From positions 4,974-68,973 of the forward strand of contig DATAVZ010000098.1 of NCBI GenBank assembly GCA_036267475.1: 64,000 nt of DNA, read 5' to 3'. Shown here in pieces: positions 38,522-47,695 of the stretch. This DNA is from Terracidiphilus sp. GTDB lineage: Bacteria > Acidobacteriota > Terriglobia > Terriglobales > Acidobacteriaceae. A model generated the notes under the pieces. It did no database searches and was not told the DNA's origin. It worked only from the letters and a program-made list of their open reading frames with translations. The translations under genes were made by a program, and so were the position numbers. Position 1 is the stretch's first letter. Each line of letters opens with the position of its first letter.

Positions 38522-38597
38522 TGGTGGACGCGGTAGGAATCGAACCTACAACCTGTCGGTTAAGAGCCGAATGCTCTGCCAGTTGAGCTACGCGTCC
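38522..38597 (-). tRNA. tRNA-Lys(CTT), integration target
   Basis: Reverse complement GGACGCGTAGCTCAACTGGCAGAGCATTCGGCTCTTAACCGACAGGTTGTAGGTTCGATTCCTACCGCGTCCACCA. Confidence 0.95.
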
Positions 38598-38741
38598 ATT
38601 GGTTGGGTAACCGCTTGGAGGGATCGTTCTTGCGGCCGCGCGGACAGCGAAAATAATGTCCGTACCTCCAAAAATATACCACAGGCACGGCCAAATCGAA
38701 AGGACTGGACGGGACCCGGCTGGCGCTGCGCAGCATTCGAT

Positions 38742-40016
38742 TTAGAACGGAAGCAGGTTGCCGCCCGGATCGAACTGCATGGCGCGCGCCTGCCCGGTTA
38801 TGCGCACTCCGGGCAGCTTTTCGAGCATTTCCGCGCAGCATTCTGAAACCAGCATACGCTCCAGGCTGAGCGTGTCGGCGATGCGCACAATGCGCGTCTT
38901 TTCAGGATGCGTAGTGGCAAGCGTCGTCAGCGCCGCGTCAATCGACTCGCGATCGCTGTCGAAGTAAATGGGTATCTTGGCCGGGTGCATTCCGATGGCG
39001 GTAATCGCATTGATGTAGATGGAGCGCAGGTCAAGAGCTTTTACCGCGCGGCTGGTGGTAAAGTCGGCCAGCCCGATGCCGATTCCGTTGCCCTTGGTTG
39101 CAGCCGACAAATCGCGAACAAAAATGCGGGAGATGTGCGGCGTGACTGGACCGGCATGTTGCAGAGCAGTGGAGTAGCCCAGGATATCGCGGCCAATAAT
39201 GTTGGTGTCCATTCCCGTTCCGCTGATCTCTTTGCCAATCCGGTCAATAATCAGCAGGTCAATCTCATCCAGCGGCAGGCGCGGCATCAGCGCCCGGGCT
39301 CTCTCCAGCAGCACAGGCTCCTGGCGCACGATCGCATCGGGCGGCAGAACCTCGATTGCGGCGGTCTGATGATGTTGATCTTCAAGCAGCGCAATGCCGC
39401 ACAGCACGGGCACTTTATCGAGAATGATCCTGGCAAACTCGCGGATGGCAATTTCATGGCCGAAGTGAGCTGCGGCGCGGTGAGCGTTGGCCGCGCCGGC
39501 GTGCTTGCCAAAGCCGATGGTCAGCATCTTTTGAATGCCGCTGCCAAGGCTTCCGCGAAAGTCAGTATGCGGCTTGACGCGATTGATCGCCACGATGCCA
39601 TCGGCCTTGAGCGCGGGAACACTCCACAGCACATCCCACCCGTCCAGAGCCGTGCCGATCTTCTCCACATCCATGCCGGCCTCAATGGGAACGCCCAGGC
39701 TCTCTGCCGTAATTCCATATCCGGCCAGCACTTTTATCTGTCCGTCGGGCGTGGCGCCGCCATGGCTGCCCATGGCCGGAATCACAAAGGGCCGCGCGCC
39801 TGCGTCGATCAACACGCGCACTGTCGCTTCCACAATCTCTTTCAGATTGGCAATGCCGCGGCTGCCCACTCCCACGGCAATCCGCATTCCGGGCGATATT
39901 TTATTGCGCGGGCCGAGGCTCTCAAACTGCTCGGCAACAAGGCTGCGAAAGTCCAGCCGCACAGAAGCAGGATAAGTCTGCGTGATCTCGATCAGGTCGG
40001 GCAATTGGCTATTCAT
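38742..40016 (-). CDS. LarA/DUF2088 lactate-racemase-domain protein
   Basis: GVGSRGIANL, PAMGSHGGATPDGQ, INRVKPHTDF, GKEISGTGMDTNIIGR. Confidence 0.8.
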   Translation of the reverse strand: MNSQLPDLIEITQTYPASVRLDFRSLVAEQFESLGPRNKISPGMRIAVGVGSRGIANLKEIVEATVRVLIDAGARPFVIPAMGSHGGATPDGQIKVLAGYGITAESLGVPIEAGMDVEKIGTALDGWDVLWSVPALKADGIVAINRVKPHTDFRGSLGSGIQKMLTIGFGKHAGAANAHRAAAHFGHEIAIREFARIILDKVPVLCGIALLEDQHHQTAAIEVLPPDAIVRQEPVLLERARALMPRLPLDEIDLLIIDRIGKEISGTGMDTNIIGRDILGYSTALQHAGPVTPHISRIFVRDLSAATKGNGIGIGLADFTTSRAVKALDLRSIYINAITAIGMHPAKIPIYFDSDRESIDAALTTLATTHPEKTRIVRIADTLSLERMLVSECCAEMLEKLPGVRITGQARAMQFDPGGNLLPF

Positions 40017-40107
40017 TGGAAATTCGGCTCACGAAATTCGGTTCAGCCCACGCAGCCATGACTCTATATAGGTATCGTCGAATGTGCCGTCTGCAATTTG
40101 AAAGGAA

Positions 40108-40200
40108 TGGCGGAGAGAAGGGGATTCGAACCCCTGATAGAGCTTTTGACCCTATAACGGTTTAGCAAACCGCCGCCTTCGGCCACTCGGCCATCTCTCC
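40108..40200 (-). tRNA. tRNA-Ser(GCT)
   Basis: Reverse complement GGAGAGATGGCCGAGTGGCCGAAGGCGGCGGTTTGCTAAACCG, long variable arm, GGTTCGAATCCC, CCA end. Confidence 0.95.
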
Positions 40201-40515
40201 GCGGTTTTCTATCAAGAGTTTAGCACGTGGCCGGCTGGGCGCCCGCTGAACAATTATGGGACTCTGCCTCAGAAGCTCCGCGGCGCTCGGCAACCACTCC
40301 ATCCCGTCCCCCGCGGCAGGGTCGAAGGGCTTGATATAGTTCTGTTTAGTCTTGCGCCGATGCGCGGATCGTGGAATTCTCCGCGCCACGTTTTCATCGG
40401 GGCCGCCCAATGCTCGCTCCGTTTCCGCTTTGCCGGCGTTTCGACAAGGCTCACCAGTAAACAACGTAAAACAACAATGTTGCATAACGGCAGGAAGCAG
40501 AGAAGGGACTGAGCA

Positions 40516-41520
40516 ATGGCGGAGTCTGTCTGGATCGGTCTGGGACTAACCTTGCTGGCAGGCCTGGGCTCCGGCAACTGCATGTTACCGCTGAAGTTGG
40601 CTCGAAGGTGGAAGTGGGAGAACCTTTGGCTGATCTTCACTCTCGTCTCTCTCGTCGTGATTCCCTGGTTGCTGGCGTTATTCCTGGTGCCCCGGCTCGG
40701 CAGCGTCTACGCGTCCACCGGCGTTCGACAAATGACGCTGCCTTTCTTGCTCGGCGCCGGCTGGGGAATCGCGCAGATCCTGTTTGGGCTTTCCGTCGCG
40801 CGGCTGGGACTGGCGCTGGCCTACGCCGTCATTATCGGTCTGGGATCGCTGGGCGGCACGCTGGTTCCCCTCGTCTTTAACAACCGCTCAGTCCTCCTTA
40901 CGCCCAGGGGAGCGCTCATCCTGGTAGGCCTTGCCGTCATGGTTGCCGGCATTGCGGTTTCGGCACGAGCCGGAAGCCGGCGCGAGCAGGGAACTCCCCG
41001 CGCGCATGGTTCCGGCTATGCAGCCGCACTGGCTCTCGCCATCCTGTGCGGGCTCATGGCTCCCATGCTCAACTATGCCTTCGCATTCGGACAGGCCATC
41101 GCCAATAGCGCAATGCATCTTGGTTCAACCCCGGTGCGGGCCGCGTACGCCGTCTGGCCGATTGCGCTGGCCGGGGGCCTGCTGCCCAACCTCTTCTACA
41201 GCATCTTTCTGCTATGCAAAAACCGCACCTGGGGTCTTTTTCGCGAAGCCTCCACGCGCGACGGCTCTCTCGCTCTGTCGATGGGCGTCCTGTGGATGGG
41301 AGCTGTCGCGGTCTACGGTGTGGCCTCGGTCTATCTTGGCAGCCTTGGAACCTCGGTCGGCTGGGGTCTCTTTCAAATTTTCATGATCATTACCGCCAAT
41401 TGCGGCGGATTGCTGGCGGGAGAGTGGCGCAGCGCGTCAACGGCCGCGCGCGCTCAGCTTTATGCCGGTTTGACGCTGCTTATCGTTGCAACCCTGCTGC
41501 TGGCCGCCGCCAATCGGTGA
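40516..41520 (+). CDS. rhaT: L-rhamnose/proton symporter (RhaT) family transporter
   Basis: About 10 transmembrane segments; WKWENLW, GAGWGIAQILFG, LGLALAYAVIIG, GLLAGEW; substrate may be another deoxy-sugar. Confidence 0.8.
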   Translation: MAESVWIGLGLTLLAGLGSGNCMLPLKLARRWKWENLWLIFTLVSLVVIPWLLALFLVPRLGSVYASTGVRQMTLPFLLGAGWGIAQILFGLSVARLGLALAYAVIIGLGSLGGTLVPLVFNNRSVLLTPRGALILVGLAVMVAGIAVSARAGSRREQGTPRAHGSGYAAALALAILCGLMAPMLNYAFAFGQAIANSAMHLGSTPVRAAYAVWPIALAGGLLPNLFYSIFLLCKNRTWGLFREASTRDGSLALSMGVLWMGAVAVYGVASVYLGSLGTSVGWGLFQIFMIITANCGGLLAGEWRSASTAARAQLYAGLTLLIVATLLLAAANR

Positions 41521-41731
41521 GTGAACGAATGTCCATCGGCGTAACCTTTTCTTGATCGTAATTTTTCTTGATCAAGCTTTTCTTGATATGTACCCGCGCA
41601 GAAAGTGCAGTACCCTTTCGGCAGGTCATCGACGAGATAGAAACTGAGCAGACGATGTAAAGTCCTTGACCGTTCATCGCTTCCGCTTTCAGAATCGACG
41701 AAGCGGTTGCCGCGGCTTCATAGTGAATCCG

Positions 41732-41813
41732 GCTAACCAGAGCCATAACTGACCGGAGCCGTAACTAATCCACGCAATGACTGACCAGAACCGCAACTAA
41801 CCAGCGCCACAAC
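41732..41813. repeat. Five degenerate 16 bp tandem repeats (consensus ACTRACCAGAGCCRYA)
   Basis: Units start at 41732, 41748, 41764, 41780 and 41796. Confidence 0.75.
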
Positions 41814-41837
41814 GGATTCCGGCCGATTGGACCCTCC

Positions 41838-42950
41838 ATGAAAATTACCAAGCTTGAGCCGATCATTCTGCATGCGCCCGTGACGCGTGGCGGCATCGCC
41901 GACAGCACCAACACCCTGTCGCACTGGGGCGCGCCCGGCGTTGCCATTCATACAGACACGGGCCTGGTGGGCTACGGATTTTCCGGCACTCATGCTCATC
42001 TGCCCACCGACCGGCTCATTGTGGACTGCATTCTTCTGAGCTACGGCCCGCTGCTGCTCGGTGAGGATCCGCGCGAGGTGCTGGCGCTATGGGAGAAGCT
42101 GCACAAGCAGGCAGAGATCTGCTGGGTTGGCCGCGCCGGCATCACCCACCTGGCGCTCGGCGCAATTGATATTGCGCTGTGGGACTTGAAGGCCAAGGAC
42201 GCGGGCCTGCCGCTTTGGAAGCTTCTGGGCGGCTCGGCGGCAAAAAAGGTGGAAGCCTACAACACCGATGGAGGATGGCTCAACTGGCCGCTCGATACCG
42301 TGGTGTCGGACTGCAGACGCATGGTCGAAGAGGAAGGTTATCGAGCCGTGAAGCTCAAGGTGGGCGGAGCCAGCCCGAGCGAGGATCTCCGCCGCGTGGA
42401 AGCCGTGCGCAGAGCGCTGGGCCCCGAGATTCGCATCATGACCGACGCCAATGGGCGCTGGTCGTTGCCGCAGGCCATCCAGACCGCTGGACGGCTGGTG
42501 GAGTTCGACGTTGCCTGGATCGAGGAGCCCATCTACTTTGACGATGTCGAAGGCCACCGGCGGCTGGCCCAGACGATTCACACGCCGATTGCGCTGGGCG
42601 AGCAGCTCTACACGGCGTCGCACTTCCGCGATTTCATTCATGCGGGCGCCGTTCATTTTGTGCAGCCGGATGTGGTCAGGCTCGCGGGCATCACGGAATT
42701 CTGGCAGGTGGCTGACATGGCGCGCTGCTACAGTCTTCCGGTGGTGCCGCATGTCGGCGACATGTGCCAGGTACACCAGCACCTCTGCTTCGCACACGCC
42801 GCATGCTCGTTGCTTGAATACATTCCGTGGCTGAAAGACTGGATGGCGGACCCGGCGAAGATTGAGGCCGGCTACTACATTGCGCCCGAGGCGCCCGGAG
42901 CGGGAATGACGCCCAATCGAAGGGCGCTTGCCGAGATCAATAGAGTTTGA
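41838..42950 (+). CDS. Mandelate racemase/enolase-superfamily sugar-acid dehydratase
   Basis: GAIDIALWDLKAK, KxK (VKLKVG), metal ligands MTDAN, WIEEP, LGE, then VQPD and VPH. Confidence 0.9.
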   Translation: MKITKLEPIILHAPVTRGGIADSTNTLSHWGAPGVAIHTDTGLVGYGFSGTHAHLPTDRLIVDCILLSYGPLLLGEDPREVLALWEKLHKQAEICWVGRAGITHLALGAIDIALWDLKAKDAGLPLWKLLGGSAAKKVEAYNTDGGWLNWPLDTVVSDCRRMVEEEGYRAVKLKVGGASPSEDLRRVEAVRRALGPEIRIMTDANGRWSLPQAIQTAGRLVEFDVAWIEEPIYFDDVEGHRRLAQTIHTPIALGEQLYTASHFRDFIHAGAVHFVQPDVVRLAGITEFWQVADMARCYSLPVVPHVGDMCQVHQHLCFAHAACSLLEYIPWLKDWMADPAKIEAGYYIAPEAPGAGMTPNRRALAEINRV

Positions 42951-43048
42951 AGCTGGTGACTGCATGAATTTCCAGAAGAAAAAGCCACCGTGCACACGGT
43001 GAGCTGCTGTATGGAAACTTTGGTTTTGCGTTAGAAGGGAGCGATCGC

Positions 43049-43816
43049 ATGCTGCTCAAGGATAAAGTCATCTTTCTCACCGGCGGCTCGACCGGCATCG
43101 GCTGGGAATGCGCCATGGCCTATCGGGCCGAAGGAGCGCGTGTCGTAATCGCGGCGCTCGACGAAGCGGCCACGCTGAAAGCGGCCGCGGAACTGGGTCC
43201 GGATCATCTGGGCATCTTCTGCGATGTGTCCCGCGATGCGGATGTGAAGTCGGCGATCGAGCGCACGCTCGCTCAGTACGGCCGCATCGACGCGGTGCAT
43301 AACAACGCCGGCATCGGTACGCCGGTAAAGGCCATTCACGAGACCACCGACGCCGAATGGGATGCGCTTTTCAACGTCAATTTGAAAAGCCTGCTCCACA
43401 CCACGCGTCACGCGTTTGCCGCGCTCCTGCAAAGCCAGGGTTCCATCCTCAACACGTCCAGCATGGTTGGCGTGATGGGTCAGGAGGCCCATGCGGCCTA
43501 CACCGCGACCAAAGGCGGCATGAACGCGCTCACCAAATCGATGGCCCTCGACTACGCAAAGCACGGCATCCGCGTCAACGCCGTTTGCCCCGCTGGAATC
43601 TGGACACCCATGCTCCGCACCTTCTGCGCCGAGCAGCCCGACCCATCTTCCATGGAGCGTTACCTGGGCGAGATTCACGCGCTTGGCTACTGCCCTGAAG
43701 GCGATGTGATCGCCGACGCATGTGTCTTTCTGCTCTCTGACAAGGCGCGCTTTGTTACCGGCCATATCATGCACGTAAGCGGTGGCGCCGAGCTTGGCTA
43801 TCGCCGGTCGCTTTGA
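43049..43816 (+). CDS. SDR oxidoreductase, candidate L-fucose/aldose dehydrogenase
   Basis: TGGSTGIG, NNAG, YTATK, GIRVNAVCP. Confidence 0.9.
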   Translation: MLLKDKVIFLTGGSTGIGWECAMAYRAEGARVVIAALDEAATLKAAAELGPDHLGIFCDVSRDADVKSAIERTLAQYGRIDAVHNNAGIGTPVKAIHETTDAEWDALFNVNLKSLLHTTRHAFAALLQSQGSILNTSSMVGVMGQEAHAAYTATKGGMNALTKSMALDYAKHGIRVNAVCPAGIWTPMLRTFCAEQPDPSSMERYLGEIHALGYCPEGDVIADACVFLLSDKARFVTGHIMHVSGGAELGYRRSL

Positions 43817-43862
43817 GCAGGATGATCGGCAATGCCGCAATGAGAGCCATCGAGGAGATCGA

Positions 43863-44717
43863 ATGAATGCCATGGCGCACGAGTGCCACGAATGCATAGA
43901 TGCGCACCACCACCTCTGGAACTATCGCCCCGAAGACTATCCGTGGATGGGCGAGGGCATGGAAGTGCTGCGCCGCGATTATCTGCCCACCGACCTTGAA
44001 GAAGTGGCTCGATCCGCCGGAATCACTGGCACTGTTGTTGTGCAAGCGCGGCAAACAACCGAGGAAACGGAATGGCTTGCGGAACTGGCCGCAAAGTCTG
44101 AGTTAATTCGTGGAGTCGTGGGCTGGGCGCCTCTCGTCGATCCGAATGTGGCTGCGGATCTGGAAAGATTCTCGAGCCTTCCCAAGGTAAAGGGCGTGCG
44201 CCACGTGCTACACGATGAGCCGGACCCGTACTATATGTGCCGCGAGGATTTTCATCGCGGCGTGTCGCTTCTGAGCCATTACGGCCTTCGATATGACCTG
44301 TTGATCTTTGCGAGCCACCTGCCGCAGACCATCGAATTTGTAGACAGGCATCCCAACCAGATTTTCATCGTCGACCACATTGCCAAGCCGCGCATTCGCG
44401 AGGGTGTTTTGTCGCCATGGCGAGAAAATCTGAAGGAACTCGCGCTGCGGCAAAACGTGTACTGCAAACTCTCCGGATTGGTAACCGAAGCGCGGTGGAG
44501 TACCTGGAAAGAAGTAGACCTCAAGCCGTATCTGGACGTGGCAATTGAGGCCTTTACGCCGCAGCGCGTCATGTTCGGCTCGGACTGGCCCGTGCTGACG
44601 CTCGCCAGCGGCTATGGGCAGTGGGCGCAGATGGTGAACAATCACATCCGGGAATTCTCTCCCGATGAGCAGCGAAGAATCCTAGCCGGCACCGCGGTAG
44701 AAGCTTATGGGCTCTGA
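43863..44717 (+). CDS. Amidohydrolase-family lactonase (L-fuconolactonase-like)
   Basis: IDAHHHLW, YLPTDL, VVVQA, GVRH, DHIAKP, NVYCKLSGL, MFGSDWPV. Confidence 0.88.
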   Translation: MNAMAHECHECIDAHHHLWNYRPEDYPWMGEGMEVLRRDYLPTDLEEVARSAGITGTVVVQARQTTEETEWLAELAAKSELIRGVVGWAPLVDPNVAADLERFSSLPKVKGVRHVLHDEPDPYYMCREDFHRGVSLLSHYGLRYDLLIFASHLPQTIEFVDRHPNQIFIVDHIAKPRIREGVLSPWRENLKELALRQNVYCKLSGLVTEARWSTWKEVDLKPYLDVAIEAFTPQRVMFGSDWPVLTLASGYGQWAQMVNNHIREFSPDEQRRILAGTAVEAYGL

Positions 44718-44788
44718 ACAGGAAACAGCCTGTGCCCGCGGGATGATTTGACGATTCAATCGCCATGGCCGCATGCGCGGTCAGATTC

Positions 44789-47452
44789 CTAAAACGAGTT
44801 GCTGGGGTTGCCAAAGGGCGGATGTCCCACCAGCGCCGGATCATACGTGTGCAGGGCAGCCAGCTTTTGTTTCGGAACAAAAGCGTCCCATTTTGTAATG
44901 GGTTGCGGAGCGGGCAATGTCGACTCGGTTTCGAAATGAATGGTCACAATCTGCTGCGGCTTGACTGCGATCTGGTAGCTCGACGCGTGGGGCAGCTCGG
45001 ACTGCGCGCGTCCGGCCAGATCGGTAAGCACTGCACGCTTGTGAGGCAGCATCAACTTGACCGTCGCCGTTCCCGCATGGCCGTAGCACTCCGCCATGCG
45101 CAGCTCAATGTGATTCTCTTCGCACCGCAAGGCCTCCACGATCACGTTGCCCGATGTCTCCAGAATCGATCGGGGCGTTTGAGCGGCGCGATTGCCGATA
45201 AGGATGGGCGGGCAGTTATATTCCCAGGCCATTTGCGGAATCAGCGCCTGCTCCCACGATTCGTCATGTGGGCAGAGCGCATAGCAGATCATGTGCTTGC
45301 CCTTCCCGCTCAGCCAGGAGTTGGCGTATCCGTGATATTGATTCTCGGCGTTGAGCAGATAGATGGTCGGCGTTCGCCCGTCGATCTCGCGCCCGGTTGC
45401 TCCGCGGTCGAAGATTGCAAATCCTCCTCCACCGGAAACCTCGTAGTCGATCCAGCGGACCGTTGGAACGATACCGCGCGTCCAGCCATGCAGATCGGGG
45501 TTTTGTCCGGTCCATGATCCGTGGGAAAATCCATAGGGAATGCCGCGGCGGATGCTCTCTATGTCCATGGCCAGAGGAAACTCGGAAACAACAACCGTAT
45601 AGTCCGGAACGTCGTTGAGTTCGGTTTCAAAGTCGATGCGCGGACTGTCGTGATAGAGACGGAAGGTTCGGCGAATGGCTCCGCCTCCATAGAATGTGCC
45701 TTTGGCTTCGACGGTGTAGGCCATGGCGCCGCGAGATAGCTGGACAGACGACTGCCCATCGCTGGACGTGCCCAACTGCATACGCTCCGGACGCGGAGCC
45801 ATAAAATCGGCAGGCGAGTCTTCTTTCTTCTTCGGTCGTTCGGCGACAATCACATTCGCCGGGCCTGCCAGCAATTCGCGTCCCGACTTCTTGAGCTTGA
45901 GGCTGGTAATAGCTCCCGTGTGGCGATCCAGGCGGACAGAATAATATTTGGTGTCCAGGGTCTCGGGCAGATCGACCACAGTGGGCTGTTCCGCAGCTCG
46001 ATGCGCCAACTTCCAGCCGCCTACGCTCACCGACGGCATATCGACCCGGCAAAGCACAGTTCCGTCCGGTAGCAATTCGCCGCCAGCCCCTTCGATCGTT
46101 GTTCCGGCAGGCAAATGCAAACTCACCGGATCGCTGCGCTTCCAGTTGAGCTGGTTGAACAAGCCAATGCCATCGCCATCGGGAACAAGAGCGCTGCCCG
46201 CACTCTGAACAGCGCCGCCGGTCGTTTCGTCCACCCAGTTAAAGCGGTCCTGTACGTCCCACGACTCCTTACTCGTAAAGACCATGCCGCCTGCCGAGCC
46301 CCACAGCGTATTGCGATCCATGTTCAGACACATCAGCGTCCAGCACCCTTGCAGATCCTGAACCGGGTAATCGTGCTGTGCATCGAGATGCGCGAACGAG
46401 CAGAGCATTTCTGCGGCCTGCAGCGTTTGCTCGCTGTACCGGTAGCGGGTCTTCACCTCGTAGTTCTCGATCCAGAAGGCATCGAACGAATACGCCGTTC
46501 CGCCTTCAAAAGTAGGAATCGAGATGTCTCCCGATTGAATCCGCTGAAGGATCGGGTCGAGATAGTCGCTGAGGGTTGCGAACGTGAGCGGGTTGGCCTT
46601 GTGCGCATCCTTCCACTGTTGCAGTAGCAGCGTGGGATACTCCTTGAGCGCTGGCGCAAGGGAATAATCGCCGGAGCCGCACAGAACCAGAATCGGAGCG
46701 CCATCGGGCGTGACGGCCGCCTTCTTCTGGAACAGCGCTTCGAGATCGTTCAACCCGCTTTCATCGAGTGGCTTGGTGGCTGTGAAAATGGAAGTGGCTT
46801 CGGCATAGTGGCCGGGGCAGAGCGTTACGATGCGTGAGCCATCTGGAGAAACCGACCAGAACATGGTCTTGCCGGTGGGATTCTTGCGCGTATAAACCAT
46901 CGCCTCAAAGCCCAGGCCCGCGGCTATCTGCGCCATCTGATCGTGTACGCCGCAGGTATCGATGTTCCATCCATATTTCGGCTTGATTCCAACCACTTTT
47001 TCATACCACCGCAGACCCTCCACTCCAAGCCGGACAAGCGCTTCGCCGCCGGACAAATCGATGGTGGACTCAAGAAAGTATCCGGCCACCAGCTCCACGC
47101 GCTTCTCCCGCACGCGCTGTTCCAGCTCCGCTACGCGGTCGGGTTTGAAGTTCATGATGGCGACGAAGTTATTTGCCTCGGAGAAGAGAAACCTATAGTG
47201 CGGGTCATCCCGGACCCGGTCGAGCTGATTCAGGTAGCTGTTGGCGCAGTAGACTCTCTCTCTTGAGAAAGTGGTGAGCCACCCGCAGCTCGCCGGATGA
47301 AAATTCGGCACCAGGAATACTTCCCGAGTCTCCGCGGGTTGCGCGTGGCCTGACGCCGGCAAACCTGCGCCGATAGCAGTAATGGCAATGGCGGTTACGA
47401 ACTGACGCCGGTTGAGAGGCGGGTTGAAAACGGGATCGCCCGAATCCTGCAT
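44789..47452 (-). CDS. Tat-exported, divergent GH38-like glycoside hydrolase
   Basis: NRRQFV Tat motif; GH38 layout (VFLVPNFH...GW, GGEALVR, WNIDTCG, C-terminal beta domains). Confidence 0.75.
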   Translation of the reverse strand: MQDSGDPVFNPPLNRRQFVTAIAITAIGAGLPASGHAQPAETREVFLVPNFHPASCGWLTTFSRERVYCANSYLNQLDRVRDDPHYRFLFSEANNFVAIMNFKPDRVAELEQRVREKRVELVAGYFLESTIDLSGGEALVRLGVEGLRWYEKVVGIKPKYGWNIDTCGVHDQMAQIAAGLGFEAMVYTRKNPTGKTMFWSVSPDGSRIVTLCPGHYAEATSIFTATKPLDESGLNDLEALFQKKAAVTPDGAPILVLCGSGDYSLAPALKEYPTLLLQQWKDAHKANPLTFATLSDYLDPILQRIQSGDISIPTFEGGTAYSFDAFWIENYEVKTRYRYSEQTLQAAEMLCSFAHLDAQHDYPVQDLQGCWTLMCLNMDRNTLWGSAGGMVFTSKESWDVQDRFNWVDETTGGAVQSAGSALVPDGDGIGLFNQLNWKRSDPVSLHLPAGTTIEGAGGELLPDGTVLCRVDMPSVSVGGWKLAHRAAEQPTVVDLPETLDTKYYSVRLDRHTGAITSLKLKKSGRELLAGPANVIVAERPKKKEDSPADFMAPRPERMQLGTSSDGQSSVQLSRGAMAYTVEAKGTFYGGGAIRRTFRLYHDSPRIDFETELNDVPDYTVVVSEFPLAMDIESIRRGIPYGFSHGSWTGQNPDLHGWTRGIVPTVRWIDYEVSGGGGFAIFDRGATGREIDGRTPTIYLLNAENQYHGYANSWLSGKGKHMICYALCPHDESWEQALIPQMAWEYNCPPILIGNRAAQTPRSILETSGNVIVEALRCEENHIELRMAECYGHAGTATVKLMLPHKRAVLTDLAGRAQSELPHASSYQIAVKPQQIVTIHFETESTLPAPQPITKWDAFVPKQKLAALHTYDPALVGHPPFGNPSNSF

Positions 47453-47695
47453 TGGAGACGCCTTTCCATTCAACAAAAAAAGATTTGCTCTGCAAAAGCC
47501 AGACGGTGACAGAGTTTACTTTCTGGAAATATCCGGTGTCAATGGAATTCTGGCAAGGTGCCGGCGGAAGCCAGGGCCACGCTTGTGCCCGGTAGAGCCG
47601 TTTGGGCCTCACCAGCGACCGGAATCCAGAATGCCATTGCCACATGCGGCGAACGGTTGACACGCGCTTGTCCCGGTGCGTATCGTTCGGCGGTT

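Larger units (their letters stand above)
27168..38566. mobile_element. Integrated phage-satellite-like (PICI-like) element or reduced prophage in tRNA-Lys; excised size 11,354 bp
   Basis: Identical 45 bp direct repeats at both ends; integrase and Xis next to the tRNA; phage head genes; visibly more AT-rich than the flanks. Confidence 0.92.

Noticed and set aside
41732-41813. Possible CRISPR array
   Set aside because: Contiguous 16 bp units with no spacers, and no cas genes in the window
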